Assembly (NCBI GenBank): GCA_043228905.1
Contig: JBHGNT010000042.1
Location: forward strand, 124,001-188,000
Reading direction: 5' to 3'
Source of the DNA: Azolla caroliniana
Taxonomy: Eukaryota > Plantae > Polypodiophyta
DNA: 64,000 bases
In this document: piece by piece, positions 26,830 to 40,700 of the stretch
Layout: every line of letters begins with the position of its first letter
Position numbering within the stretch: position 1 is the first letter of the stretch
Position numbers and translations under genes: made by a program
The notes under the pieces: model-generated
The model's input: the letters and a program-made list of their open reading frames with translations, nothing else
What the model was told of the DNA's origin: nothing
Database searches by the model: none

Positions 26830-28450
26830 TAGCAAATTTGAGGAGGTAGTGGAGAAGATCGCGCTAGTAAATTAAAATGTTCATACCTGGCTTGTTTGAT
26901 ATTGGATTTCTGTGTTTAAAAATGTGAATCGAAGCTAACACCGCGAGCTCTAATATGGAAATTAAGAAATCAAGATTTTGAAACTCAGGTCGAGAGACAT
27001 GAAGAAATTAGCAAATTTGAGGAGGGAGTTTAGAAGAGCGCGTTAGTAAATTAAAATGTTCATACCTAGCTTCTGTGACATTGGATTTCTGTGTTCAAAC
27101 ATGCGAATCGAAGTTAACAACGCTTGCTATAATATGGAGTAAAAAAATCAAGATTTTGAAACTCAGGTCGAGAGACATGAATAAATTAGCAAATTTGAGG
27201 CGGGAGTGGACAAGAGCAACTAGGTAAATTAAAATGTTCATACCTGGCTCCTGTGATATCGGATTTCTGTGTTCAAACCTGCGAATCGAAGCTAATAACG
27301 CTAGCTCTGATATGGAATTAAAAAATCAGGATTTTGAAACTCACCTCGAGAGAGATGAAGAAATTAGCAAATTTTAGGAGGTAGTGGAGAAGAGCGCGTT
27401 AGTAAATTAAAATGTTCATACCTGGCTTGTGTGATATCGGATTTCTGTGTTTAAAAATGCGAATCGAAGCTAACAACGTTAGCTCTAATATGGAATTAAA
27501 AAATCAAGATTTTGAAACTCACCTCGAGAGAGATGAAGAAATTAGCAAATTTGAGGAGGTAGTGGAGAAGATCGCGCTAGTAAATTAAAATGTTCATCCC
27601 TGGCTCGTGTGATATCCGATTTCTGTGTTTTAAAATGCGAATCGAAGCTAACAACGCTAGCTCTGATATGGAATTAAAAAATCAAGATTTTGAAACTCAC
27701 CTCGAGAGAGATGAAGAAATTAGCAAATTTGAGGAGGTAGTGGAGAAGATCGCGCTAGTAAATTAAAATGTTCATACCTGGCTTGTTTGATATTGGATTT
27801 CATTGTTTAAAAATGTGAATCGAAGCTAACACCGCGAGCTCTAATATGGAATTAAGAAATCAAGATTTTGAAACTCAGGTTGAGAGACATGAAGAAATTA
27901 GCAAATTTGAGGAGCGAGTTTAGAAGAGCGCGTTAGTAAATTAAAATGTTCATACCTAGCTTCTGTGACATTGGATTTCTGTGTTCAAACATGCGAATCG
28001 AAGTTAACAACGCTTGCTATAATATGGAGTAAAAAAATCAAGATTTTGAAACTCAGGTCGAGAGACATGAATAAATTAGCAAATTTGAGGCGGGAGTGGA
28101 CAAGAGCAACTAGGTAAATTAAAATGTTCATACCTGGCTCCTGTGATATCGGATTTCTGTGTTCAAACCTGCGAATCGAAGCTAATAACGCTAGCTCTGA
28201 TATGGAATTAAAAAATCAAGATTTTGAAACTCACCTCGAGAGAGATGAAGAAATTAGCAAATTTGAGGAGGTAGTGGAGAAGAGCGCGTTAGTAAATTAA
28301 AATGTTCATACCTGGCTCGTGTGATATCAAATTCTGTGTTTAAAAATGCGAATCGAAGCTAACAACGTTAGCTCTGATATGGAATTAAAAAATCAAGATT
28401 TTGAAACTCACCTCGAGAGAGATGAAGAAATTAGCAAATTTGAGGAGGTA
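26830..28450. repeat. Short 5-monomer (~890 bp) tandem duplication of a different monomer set
   Basis: Rare variants GGCTTGTTTGATATTGG and AACACCGCGAGC occur at ~26890 and ~27780, and the following monomers match in order. Confidence 0.65.
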
Positions 28451-28869
28451 GTGGAGAAGATCGCGTTAGTAAATTAAAATGTTCATACCTGGCTCGTGTG
28501 ATATTGGATTTCTGTGTTTAAACATGCGAATCGAAGCTAATAACGCTATCTCTGATTTGAAATTAAAAAATCAAGATTTTGAAACTCAGGTCGAGAGACA
28601 TGAAGAAATTAGCAAATTTGAGGAGGTAGTGGAGAAGATCGCGTTAGTAAATCAAAATGTTCATACCTGGCTCGTGTGATATCGGATTTTTGTGTTCAAA
28701 CATGCGAATCGAAGCTAATAATGCTATCTCTAATATGGAATTAAAAAATCAAGATTTTGAAACTCAGGTCGAGAGACATGAACAAATTAGCAAATTTGAG
28801 GAGGTAGTGGAGAAGATCGCGCTAGTAAATTAAAATGTTCATACCTGGCTCGTGTGATATCGGACTTCT

Positions 28870-31800
28870 GTGTTTAAACATGCGAATCGAAGCTAATAAC
28901 GCTATCTCTGATTTGAAATTAAAAAATCAAGATTTTGAAACTCAGGTCCAGAGACATGAAGAAATTAGCAAATTTGAGGAGGTAGTGGAGAAGAGCGGGT
29001 TAGTAAATTAAAATGTTCATACCTGGCTTCTGTGACATTGGATTTCTGTGTTCAAACATGCGAATCGAAGTTAACAACGCTTGCTATTATATGGAGTAAA
29101 AAAATCAAGATTTTGAAACTCAGGTCGAGAGACATGAATAAATTAGCAAATTTGAGGAGGGAGTTGACAAGAGCAACTAGGTAAATTAAAATCTTCATAC
29201 CTGGCTCCTGTGATATCGGATTTATGTGTTCAAACATGCGAATCGAAGCTAATAACACTATCTCTTATATGGAATTAAAAAATCAAGATTTTGAAACTCA
29301 TCTCGAAAGACATGAAGAAATTAGCAAATTTGAGGAGGTAGTGGAGAAGATCGCGTTAGTAAATGAAAATGTTCATACCTGGCTCGTGTGATATCGGATT
29401 TTTGTGTTCAAATATACGAATCGAAGCTAACAACGCTAGCTCTAATACGGAATTAAAAAATCATGATTTTGAAACTCAGGTCGAGAGACATGAAGAAATT
29501 AGCAAATATGAGGCGGGAGTTGACAAGACTAAGTAGGTAAATTAAAATGTTCATACGTGGCTCGTGTGATATCCGATTTCTGTGTTTTAAAATGCGAATC
29601 GAAGCTAACAACGCTAGCTCTGATATGGAATTAAAAAATCAAGATTTTGAAACTCAGGTCGAGAGACATGAAGAAATTAGCAAATTTGAGGAGGTAGTGG
29701 AGAAGAGCGCGTTAGTAAATTAAAATGTTCATACCTGGCTCGTGTGATATCGGATTTTTATGTTTAAGCATGCGAATCGAAGCTAATAACGCTATCTCTG
29801 ATTTGAAATTAAAAAATCAAGATTTTGAAACTCAGGTCGAGAGACATGAAGAAATTAGCAAATTTGAGGAGCGAGTTTAGAAGAGCGCGTTAGTAAATTA
29901 AAATGTTAATACCTGGCTTCTGTGACATTGGATTTCTGTGTTCAAACATGCGAATCGAAGTTAACAACGCTTGCTATAATATGGAGTAAAAAAATCAAGA
30001 TTTTGAAACTCAGGTCGAGAGACATGAATAAATTAGCAAATTTGAGGAGGGAGTTGACAAGAGCAACTAGGTAAATTAAAATGTTCATACCTGGCTCCTG
30101 TGATATCGGATTTATGTGTTCAAACATGCGAATCGAAGCTAATAACACTATCTCTTATATGGAGTTAAAAAATCAAGAATTTGAAACTCATCTCGAAAGA
30201 CATGAAGAAATTAGCAAATTTGAGGAGGTAGTGGAGAAGATCGCGTTAGTAAATGAAAATGTTCATACCTGGCTCGTGTGATATCGGATTTTTGTGTTCA
30301 AACATACGAATCGAAGCTAACAACGCTAGCTCTAATACGGAATTAAAAAATCATGATTTTGAAACTCAGGTCGAGAGACATGAAGAAATTAGCAAATATG
30401 AGGCGGGAGTTGACAAGACTAAGTAGGTAAATTAAAATGTTCATACCTGGCTCGTGTGATATCCGATTTCTATGTTTTAAAATGCGAATCGAAGCTAACA
30501 ACGCTAGCTCTGATATGGAATTAAAAAATCAAGATTTTGAAACTCACCTTGAGAGAGATGAAGAAATTAGCAAATTTGAGGAGGTAGTGGAGAAGAGCGC
30601 GTTAGTAAATTAAAATGTTCATACCTGGCTCGTGTGATATCGGATTTTTATGTTTAAGCATGCGAATCGAAGCTAATAACGCTATCTCTGATTTGAAATT
30701 AAAAAATCAAGATTTTGAAACTCAGGTCGAGAGACATGAAGAAATTAGCAAATTTGAGGAGAGAGTTTAGAAGAGCGCGTTAGTAAATTAAAATGTTCAT
30801 ACCTGGCTTCTGTGACATTGGATTTCTATGTTCAAACATGCGAATCGAAGTTAACAACGCTTGCTATAATATGGACTAAAAAAATCAAGATTTTGAAACT
30901 CAGGTCGAGAGACATGAATAAATTAGCAAATTTGAGGAGGGAGTTGACAAGAGCAACTAGGTAAATTAAAATCTTCATACGTGGCTCCTGTGATATCGGA
31001 TTTATGTGTTCAAACATGCGAATCGAAGCTAATAACACTATCTCTTATATGGAATTAAAAAATCAAGATTTTGAAACTCATCTCGAAAGACATGAAGAAA
31101 TTAGCAAATTTGAGGAGGTAGTGGAGAAGATCGCGTTAGTAAATGAAAATGTTCATACCTGGCTCGTGTGATATCGGATTTTTGTGTTCAAACATACGAA
31201 TCGAAGCTAACAACGCTAGCTCTAATACGGAATTAAAAAATCATGATTTTGAAACTCAGGTCGAGAGACATGAAGAAATTAGCAAATATGAGGCGGGAGT
31301 TGACAAGACTAAGTAGGTAAATTAAAATGTTCATACCTGGCTCGTGTGATATTGGATTTCTGTGTTTAAAAATGCGAATCGAAGCTAACAACGCTAGCTC
31401 TGATATGGAATTAAAAAATCAAGATTTTGAAACTCAGGTCGAGAGACATGAAGAAATTAGCAAATTTGAGGAGGTAGTGGAGAAGAGCGCGTTAGTAAAT
31501 TAAAATGTTCATACCTGGCTCGTGTGATATCGGATTTCTGTGTTTAAACATGCGAATCGAAGCTAATAACGCTATCTCTGATTTGAAATTAAAAAATCAA
31601 GATTTTGAAACTCAGGTCGAGAGACATGAAGAAATTAGCAAATTTGAGGAGCGAGTTTAGAAGAGCGCGTTAGTAAATTAAAATGTTCATACCTGGCTTC
31701 TGTGACATTGGATTTCTGTGTTCAAACATGCGAATCGAAGTTGACAACGCTTGCTATAATATGGAGTAAAAAAATCAAGATTTTGAAACTCAGGTCGAGA

Positions 31801-34800
31801 GACATGAATAAATTAACAAATTTGAGGAGGGAGTTGACAAGAGCAACTAGGTAAATTAAAATCTTCATACCTGGCTCCTGTGATATCGGATTTATGTGTT
31901 CAAACATGCGAATCGAAGCTAATAACACTATCTCTTATATGGAATTAAAAAATCAAGATTTTGAAACTCATCTCGAAAGACATGAAGAAATTAGCAAATT
32001 TGAGGAGGTAGTGAAGAAGATCGCGTTAGTAAATGAAAATGTTCATACCTGGCTCGTGTGATATCGGATTTTTGTGTTCAAACATACGAATCGAAGCTAA
32101 CAACGCTAGCTCTAATACGGAATTAAAAAATCATGATTTTGAAACTCAGGTCGAGAGACATGAAGAAATTAGCAAATATGAGGCGGGAGTTGACAAGACT
32201 AAGTAGGTAAATTAAAATGTTCATACCTGGCTCGTGTGATATCCGATTTCTGTGTTTTAAAATGCGAATCGAAGCTAACAACGCTAGCTCTGATATGGAA
32301 TTAAAAAATCAAGATTTTGAAACTCACCTTGAGAGAGATGAAGAAATTAGCAAATTTGAGGAGGTAGTGGAGAAGAGCGCGTTAGTAAATTAAAATGTTC
32401 ATACCTGGCTCGTGTGATATCGGATTTTTATGTTTAAGCATGCGAATCGAAGCTAATAACGCTATCTCTGATTTGAAATTAAAAAATCAAGATTTTGAAA
32501 CTCAGGTCGAGAGACATGAAGAAATTAGCAAATTTGAGGAGCGAGTTTAGAAGAGCGCGTTAGTAAATTAAAATGTTCATACCTGGCTTCTGTGACATTG
32601 GATTTCTGTGTTCAAACATGCGAATCGAAGTTAACAACGCTTGCTATAATATGGAGTAAAAAAATCAAGATTTTGAAACTCAGGTCGAGAGACATGAATA
32701 AATTAGCAAATTTGAGGAGGGAGTTGACAAGAGCAACTAGGTAAATTAAAATCTTCATACCTGGCTCCTGTGATATCGGATTTATGTGTTCAAACATGCG
32801 AATCGAAGCTAATAACACTATCTCTTATATGGAATTAAAAAATCAAGAATTTGAAACTCATCTCGAAAGACATGAAGAAATTAGCAAATTTGAGGAGGTA
32901 GTGGAGAAGATCGCGTTAGTAAATGAAAATGTTCATACCTGGCTCGTGTGATATCGGATTTTTGTGTTCAAACATACGAATCGAAGCTAACAACGCTAGC
33001 TCTAATACGGAATTAAAAAATCATGATTTTGAAACTCAGGACGAGAGACATGAAGAAATTAGCAAATATGAGGCGGGAGTTGACAAGACTAAGTAGGTAA
33101 ATTAAAATGTTCATACCTGGCTCGTGTGATATCCGATTTCTGTGTTTTAAAATGCGAATCGAAGCTAACAACGCTAGCTCTGATATGGAATTAAAAAATC
33201 AAGATTTTGAAACTCACCTTGAGAGAGATGAAGAAATTAGCAAATTTGAGGAGGTAGTGGAGAAGGGCGCGTTAGTAAATTAAAATGTTCATACCTGGCT
33301 CGTGTGATATCGGATTTTTATGTTTAAGCATGCGAATCGAAGCTAATAACGCTATCTCTGATTTGAAATTAAAAAATCAAGATTTTGAAACTCAGGTCGA
33401 GAGACATGAAGAAATTAGCAAATTTGAGGAGCGAGTTTAGAAGAGCGCGTTAGTAAATTAAAATGTTCATACCTGGCTTCTGTGACATTGGATTTCTGTG
33501 TTCAAACATGTGAATCGAAGTTAACAACGCTTGCTATAATATGGAGTAAAAAAATCAAGATTTTAAAACTCAGGTCGAGAGACATGAATAAATTAGCAAA
33601 TTTGAGGAGGGAGTTGACAAGAGCAACTAGGTAAATTAAAATCTTCATACCTGGCTCCTGTGATATCGGATTTATGTGTTCAAACATGCGAATCGAAGCT
33701 AATAACACTATCTCTTATATGGAATTAAAAAATCAAGAATTTGAAACTCATCTCGAAAGACATGAAGAAATTAGCAAATTTGAGGAGGTAGTGGAGAAGA
33801 TCGCGTTAGTAAATGAAAATGTTCATACCTGGCTCGTGTGATATCGGATTTTTGTGTTCAAACATACGAATCGAAGCTAACAACGCTAGCTCTAATACGG
33901 AATTAAAAAATCATGATTTTGAAACTCAGGACGAGAGACATGAAGAAATTAGCAAATATGAGGCGGGAGTTGACAAGACTAAGTAGGTAAATTAAAATGT
34001 TCATACCTGGCTCGTGTGATATCCGATTTCTGTGTTTTAAAATGCGAATCGAAGCTAACAACGCTAGCTCTGATATGGAATTAAAAAATCAAGATTTTGA
34101 AACTCACCTTGAGAGAGATGAAGAAATTAGCAAATTTGAGGAGGTAGTGGAGAAGGGCGCGTTAGTAAATTAAAATGTTCATACCTGGCTCGTGTGATAT
34201 CGGATTTTTATGTTTAAGCATGCGAATCGAAGCTAATAACGCTATCTCTGATTTGAAATTAAAAAATCAAGATTTTGAAACTCAGGTCGAGAGACATGAA
34301 GAAATTAGCAAATTTGAGGAGCGAGTTTAGAAGAGCGCGTTAGTAAATTAAAATGTTCATACCTGGCTTCTGTGACATTGGATTTCTGTGTTCAAACATG
34401 TGAATCGAAGTTAACAACGCTTGCTATAATATGGAGTAAAAAAATCAAGATTTTAAAACTCAGGTCGAGAGACATGAATAAATTAGCAAATTTGAGGAGG
34501 GAGTTGACAAGAGCAACTAGGTAAATTAAAATCTTCATACCTGGCTCCTGTGATATCGGATTTATGTGTTCAAACATGCGAATCGAAGCTAATAACACTA
34601 TCTCTTATATGGAATTAAAAAATCAAGAATTTGAAACTCATCTCGAAAGACATGAAGAAATTAGCAAATTTGAGGAGGTAGTGGAGAAGATCGCGTTAGT
34701 AAATGAAAATGTTCATACCTGGCTCGTGTGATATCGGATTTTTGTGTTCAAACATACGAATCGAAGCTAACAACGCTAGCTCTAATACGGAATTAAAAAA

Positions 34801-35250
34801 TCATGATTTTGAAACTCAGGTCGAGAGACATGAAGAAATTAGCAAATATGAGGCGGGAGTTGACAAGACTAAGTAGGTAAATTAAAATGTTCATACCTGG
34901 CTCGTGTGATATCCGATTTCTGTGTTTTAAAATGCGAATCGAAGCTAACAACGCTAGCTCTGATATGGAATTAAAAAATCAAGATTTTGAAACTCACCTT
35001 GAGAGAGATGAAGAAATTAGCAAATTTGAGGAGGTAGTGGAGAAGAGCGCGTTAGTAAATTAAAATGTTCATACCTGGCTCGTGTGATATCGGATTTTTA
35101 TGTTTAAGCATGCGAATCGAAGCTAATAACGCTATCTCTGATTTGAAATTAAAAATTCAAGATTTTGAAACTCAGGTCGAGAGACGTGAAGAAATTAGCA
35201 AATTTGAGGAGCGAGTTTAGAAGAGCGCGTTAGTAAATTAAAATGTTCAT
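28870..35250. repeat. 5-mer higher-order repeat, unit 890 bp, about 7 copies (array I)
   Basis: Homologous ORFs at 29052, 29942, 30832, 31722, 32612, 33502 and 34392 are exactly 890 apart. Markers CATCTCGAAAGA, AAATGAAAATG, TCATGATTTT and GACTAAGTAGG occur once per unit. Confidence 0.95.
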
Positions 35251-35579
35251 ACCTGGCTCGTGTGATATCGGATTTCTGTGTTTAAACATGCGAATCGAAG
35301 CTAATAACGCTATCTCTGATTTGAAATTAAAAAATCAAGATTTTGAAACTCAGGTCGAGAGACATGAAGAAATTAGCAAATTTGAGGAGGTAGTGGAGAA
35401 GATCGCGTTAGTAAATTAAAATGTTCATACGTGGCTCGTGTGATATCCGATTTCTGTGTTTTAAAATGCGAATCGAAGCTAACAACGCTAGCTCTGATAT
35501 GGAATTAAAAAATCAAGATTTTGAAACTCAGGTCGAGAGACATGAAGAAATTAGCAAATTTGAGGAGGTAGTGGAGAAG

Positions 35580-37720
35580 ATCGCGCTAGTAAATTAAAAT
35601 GTTCATACCTGGCTTGTGTGATATTGGATTTCTGTGTTTAAAAATGTGAATCGAAGCTAACACCGCGAGCTCTAATATGGAATTAAGAAATCAAGATTTT
35701 GAAACTCAGGTCGAGAGACATGAAGAAATTAGCAAATTTGAGGAGGGAGTTTAGAAGAGCGCGTTAGTAAATTAAAATGTTCATACCTAGCTTCTGTGAC
35801 ATTGGATTTCTGTTTTCAAACATGCGAATCGAAGTTAACAACGCTTGCTATAATATGGAGTAAAAAAATCAAGATTTTGAAACTCAGGTCGAGAGACATG
35901 AATAAATTAGCAAATTTGAGGCGGGAGTGGACAAGAGCAACGAGGTAAATTAAAATGTTCATACCTGGCTCCTGTGATATCGGATTTCTGTGTTCAAACC
36001 TGCGAATCGAAGCTAATAACGCTAGCTCTGATATGGAATTAAAAAATCAAGATTTTGAAACTCACCTCGAGAGAGATGAAGAAATTAGCAAATTTGAGGA
36101 GGTAGTGGAGAAGAGCGCGTTAGTAAATTAAAATGTTCATACCTGGCTCGTGTGATATCAGATTTCTGTGTTTAAAAATGCGAATCGAAGCTAACAACGT
36201 TAGCTCTAATATGGAATTAAAAAATCAAGATTTTGAAACTCACCTCGAGAGAGATGAAGAAATTGCAAATTTGAGGAGGTAGTGGAGAAGATCGCGTTAG
36301 TAAATTAAAATGTTCATACCTGGCTCGTGTGATATCAGATTTCTGTGTTTAAACATGCGAATCGAAGCTAATAACGCTATCTCTGATTTGAAATTAAAAA
36401 ATCAAGATTTTGAAACTCAGGTCGAGAGACATGAAGAAATTAGCAAATTTGAGGAGGTAGTGGAGAAGATCGCGTTAGTAAATCAAAATGTTCATACCTG
36501 GCTCGTGTGATATCGGATTTTTGTGTTCAAACATGCGAATCGAAGCTAATAATGCTATCTCTAATATGGAATTAAAAAATCAAGATTTTGAAACTCAGGT
36601 CGAGAGACATGAAGAAATTAGCAAATTTGAGGAGGTAGTGGAGAAGATCGCGCTAGTAAATTAAAATGTTCATACCTGGCTTGTGTGATATTGGATTTCT
36701 GTGTTTAAAAATGTGAATCGAAGCTAACACCGCGAGCTCTAATATGGAATTAAGAAATCAAGATTTTGAAACTCAGGTCGAGAGACATGAAGAAATTAGC
36801 AAATTTGAGGAGGGAGTTTAGAAGAGCGCGTTAGTAAATTAAAATGTTCATACCTAGCTTCTGTGACATTGGATTTCTGTGTTCAAACATGCGAATCGAA
36901 GCTAACAACGCTTGCTATAATATGGAGTAAAAAAATCAAGATTTTGAAACTCAGGTCGAGAGACATGAATAAATTAGCAAATTTGAGGCGGGAGTGGACA
37001 AGAGCAACTAGGTAAATTAAAATGTTCATACCTGGCTCCTGTGATATCGGATTTCTGTGTTCAAACCTGCGAATCGAAGCTAATAACGCTAGCTCTGATA
37101 TGGAATTAAAAAATCAAGATTTTGAAACTCACCTCGAGAGAGATGAAGAAATTAGCAAATTTGAGGAGGTAGTGGAGAAGAGCGCGTTAGTAAATTAAAA
37201 TGTTCATACCTGGCTCGTGTGATATCAGATTTCTGTGTTTAAAAATGCGAATCGAAGCTAACAACGTTAGCTCTGATATGGAATTAAAAAATCAAGATTT
37301 TGAAACTCACCTCGAGAGAGATGAAGAAATTAGCAAATTTGAGGAGGTAGTGGAGAAGATCGCGTTAGTAAATTAAAATGTTCATACCTGGCTCGTGTGA
37401 TATCGGATTTCTGTGTTTAAACATGCGAATCGAAGCTAATAACGCTATCTCTGATTTGAAATTAAAAAATCAAGATTTTGAAACTCAGGTCGAGAGACAT
37501 GAAGAAATTAGCAAATTTGAGGAGGTAGTGGAGAAGATCGCGTTAGTAAATCAAAATGTTCATACCTGGCTCGTGTGATATCGGATTTTTGTGTTCAAAC
37601 ATGCGAATCGAAGCTAATAATGCTATCTCTAATATGGAATTAAAAAATCAAGATTTTGAAACTCAGGTCGAGAGACATGAACAAATTAGCAAATTTGAGG
37701 AGGTAGTGGAGAAGATCGCG
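35580..37720. repeat. 6-mer tandem duplication, unit ~1067-1068 bp, 2 copies
   Basis: ORFs 36310/37378 are 1068 apart. GGCTTGTGTGATATTGG...AACACCGCGAGC occurs at ~35610 and ~36680. A 1-bp deletion (AAATTGCAAAT) lies at ~36265. Confidence 0.8.
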
Positions 37721-37769
37721 CTAGTAAATTAAAATGTTCATACCTGGCTCGTGTGATATCGGACTTCTG

Positions 37770-40700
37770 TGTTTAAACATGCGAATCGAAGCTAATAACG
37801 CTATCTCTGATTTGAAATTAAAAAATCAAGATTTTGAAACTCAGGTCCAGAGACATGAAGAAATTAGCAAATTTGAGGAGGTAGTGGAGAAGAGCGGGTT
37901 AGTAAATTAAAATGTTCATACCTGGCTTCTGTGACATTGGATTTCTGTGTTCAAACATGCGAATCGAAGTTAACAACGCTTGCTATTATATGGAGTAAAA
38001 AAATCAAGATTTTGAAACTCAGGTCGAGAGACATGAATAAATTAGCAAATTTGAGGAGGGAGTTGACAAGAGCAACTAGGTAAATTAAAATCTTCATACC
38101 TGGCTCCTGTGATATCGGATTTATGTGTTCAAACATGCGAATCGAAGCTAATAACACTATCTCTTATATGGAATTAAAAAATCAAGATTTTGAAACTCAT
38201 CTCGAAAGACATGAAGAAATTAGCAAATTTGAGGAGGTAGTGGAGAAGATCGCGTTAGTAAATGAAAATGTTCATACCTGGCTCGTGTGATATCGGATTT
38301 TTGTGTTCAAATATACGAATCGAAGCTAACAACGCTAGCTCTAATACGGAATTAAAAAATCATGATTTTGAAACTCAGGTCGAGAGACATGAAGAAATTA
38401 GCAAATATGAGGCGGGAGTTGACAAGACTAAGTAGGTAAATTAAAATGTTCATACGTGGCTCGTGTGATATCCGATTTCTGTGTTTTAAAATGCGAATCG
38501 AAGCTAACAACGCTAGCTCTGATATGGAATTAAAAAATCAAGATTTTGAAACTCAGGTCGAGAGACATGAAGAAATTAGCAAATTTGAGGAGGTAGTGGA
38601 GAAGAGCGCGTTAGTAAATTAAAATGTTCATACCTGGCTCGTGTGATATCGGATTTTTATGTTTAAGCATGCGAATCGAAGCTAATAACGCTATCTCTGA
38701 TTTGAAATTAAAAAATCAAGATTTTGAAACTCAGGTCGAGAGACATGAAGAAATTAGCAAATTTGAGGAGCGAGTTTAGAAGAGCGCGTTAGTAAATTAA
38801 AATGTTCATACCTGGCTTCTGTGACATTGGATTTCTGTGTTCAAACATGCGAATCGAAGTTAACAACGCTTGCTATAATATGGAGTAAAAAAATCAAGAT
38901 TTTGAAACTCAGGTCGAGAGACATGAATAAATTAGCAAATTTGAGGAGGGAGTTGACAAGAGCAACTAGGTAAATTAAAATGTTCATACCTGGCTCCTGT
39001 GATATCGGATTTATGTGTTCAAACATGCGAATCGAAGCTAATAACACTATCTCTTATATGGAGTTAAAAAATCAAGAATTTGAAACTCATCTCGAAAGAC
39101 ATGAAGAAATTAGCAAATTTGAGGAGGTAGTGGAGAAGATCGCGTTAGTAAATGAAAATGTTCATACCTGGCTCGTGTGATATCGGATTTTTGTGTTCAA
39201 ACATACGAATCGAAGCTAACAACGCTAGCTCTAATACGGAATTAAAAAATCATGATTTTGAAACTCAGGTCGAGAGACATGAAGAAATTAGCAAATATGA
39301 GGCGGGAGTTGACAAGACTAAGTAGGTAAATTAAAATGTTCATACCTGGCTCGTGTGATATCCGATTTCTATGTTTTAAAATGCGAATCGAAGCTAACAA
39401 CGCTAGCTCTGATATGGAATTAAAAAATCAAGATTTTGAAACTCACCTTGAGAGAGATGAAGAAATTAGCAAATTTGAGGAGGTAGTGGAGAAGAGCGCG
39501 TTAGTAAATTAAAATGTTCATACCTGGCTCGTGTGATATCGGATTTTTATGTTTAAGCATGCGAATCGAAGCTAATAACGCTATCTCTGATTTGAAATTA
39601 AAAAATCAAGATTTTGAAACTCAGGTCGAGAGACATGAAGAAATTAGCAAATTTGAGGAGAGAGTTTAGAAGAGCGCGTTAGTAAATTAAAATGTTCATA
39701 CCTGGCTTCTGTGACATTGGATTTCTATGTTCAAACATGCGAATCGAAGTTAACAACGCTTGCTATAATATGGACTAAAAAAATCAAGATTTTGAAACTC
39801 AGGTCGAGAGACATGAATAAATTAGCAAATTTGAGGAGGGAGTTGACAAGAGCAACTAGGTAAATTAAAATCTTCATACGTGGCTCCTGTGATATCGGAT
39901 TTATGTGTTCAAACATGCGAATCGAAGCTAATAACACTATCTCTTATATGGAATTAAAAAATCAAGATTTTGAAACTCATCTCGAAAGACATGAAGAAAT
40001 TAGCAAATTTGAGGAGGTAGTGGAGAAGATCGCGTTAGTAAATGAAAATGTTCATACCTGGCTCGTGTGATATCGGATTTTTGTGTTCAAACATACGAAT
40101 CGAAGCTAACAACGCTAGCTCTAATACGGAATTAAAAAATCATGATTTTGAAACTCAGGTCGAGAGACATGAAGAAATTAGCAAATATGAGGCGGGAGTT
40201 GACAAGACTAAGTAGGTAAATTAAAATGTTCATACCTGGCTCGTGTGATATTGGATTTCTGTGTTTAAAAATGCGAATCGAAGCTAACAACGCTAGCTCT
40301 GATATGGAATTAAAAAATCAAGATTTTGAAACTCAGGTCGAGAGACATGAAGAAATTAGCAAATTTGAGGAGGTAGTGGAGAAGAGCGCGTTAGTAAATT
40401 AAAATGTTCATACCTGGCTCGTGTGATATCGGATTTCTGTGTTTAAACATGCGAATCGAAGCTAATAACGCTATCTCTGATTTGAAATTAAAAAATCAAG
40501 ATTTTGAAACTCAGGTCGAGAGACATGAAGAAATTAGCAAATTTGAGGAGCGAGTTTAGAAGAGCGCGTTAGTAAATTAAAATGTTCATACCTGGCTTCT
40601 GTGACATTGGATTTCTGTGTTCAAACATGCGAATCGAAGTTGACAACGCTTGCTATAATATGGAGTAAAAAAATCAAGATTTTGAAACTCAGGTCGAGAG

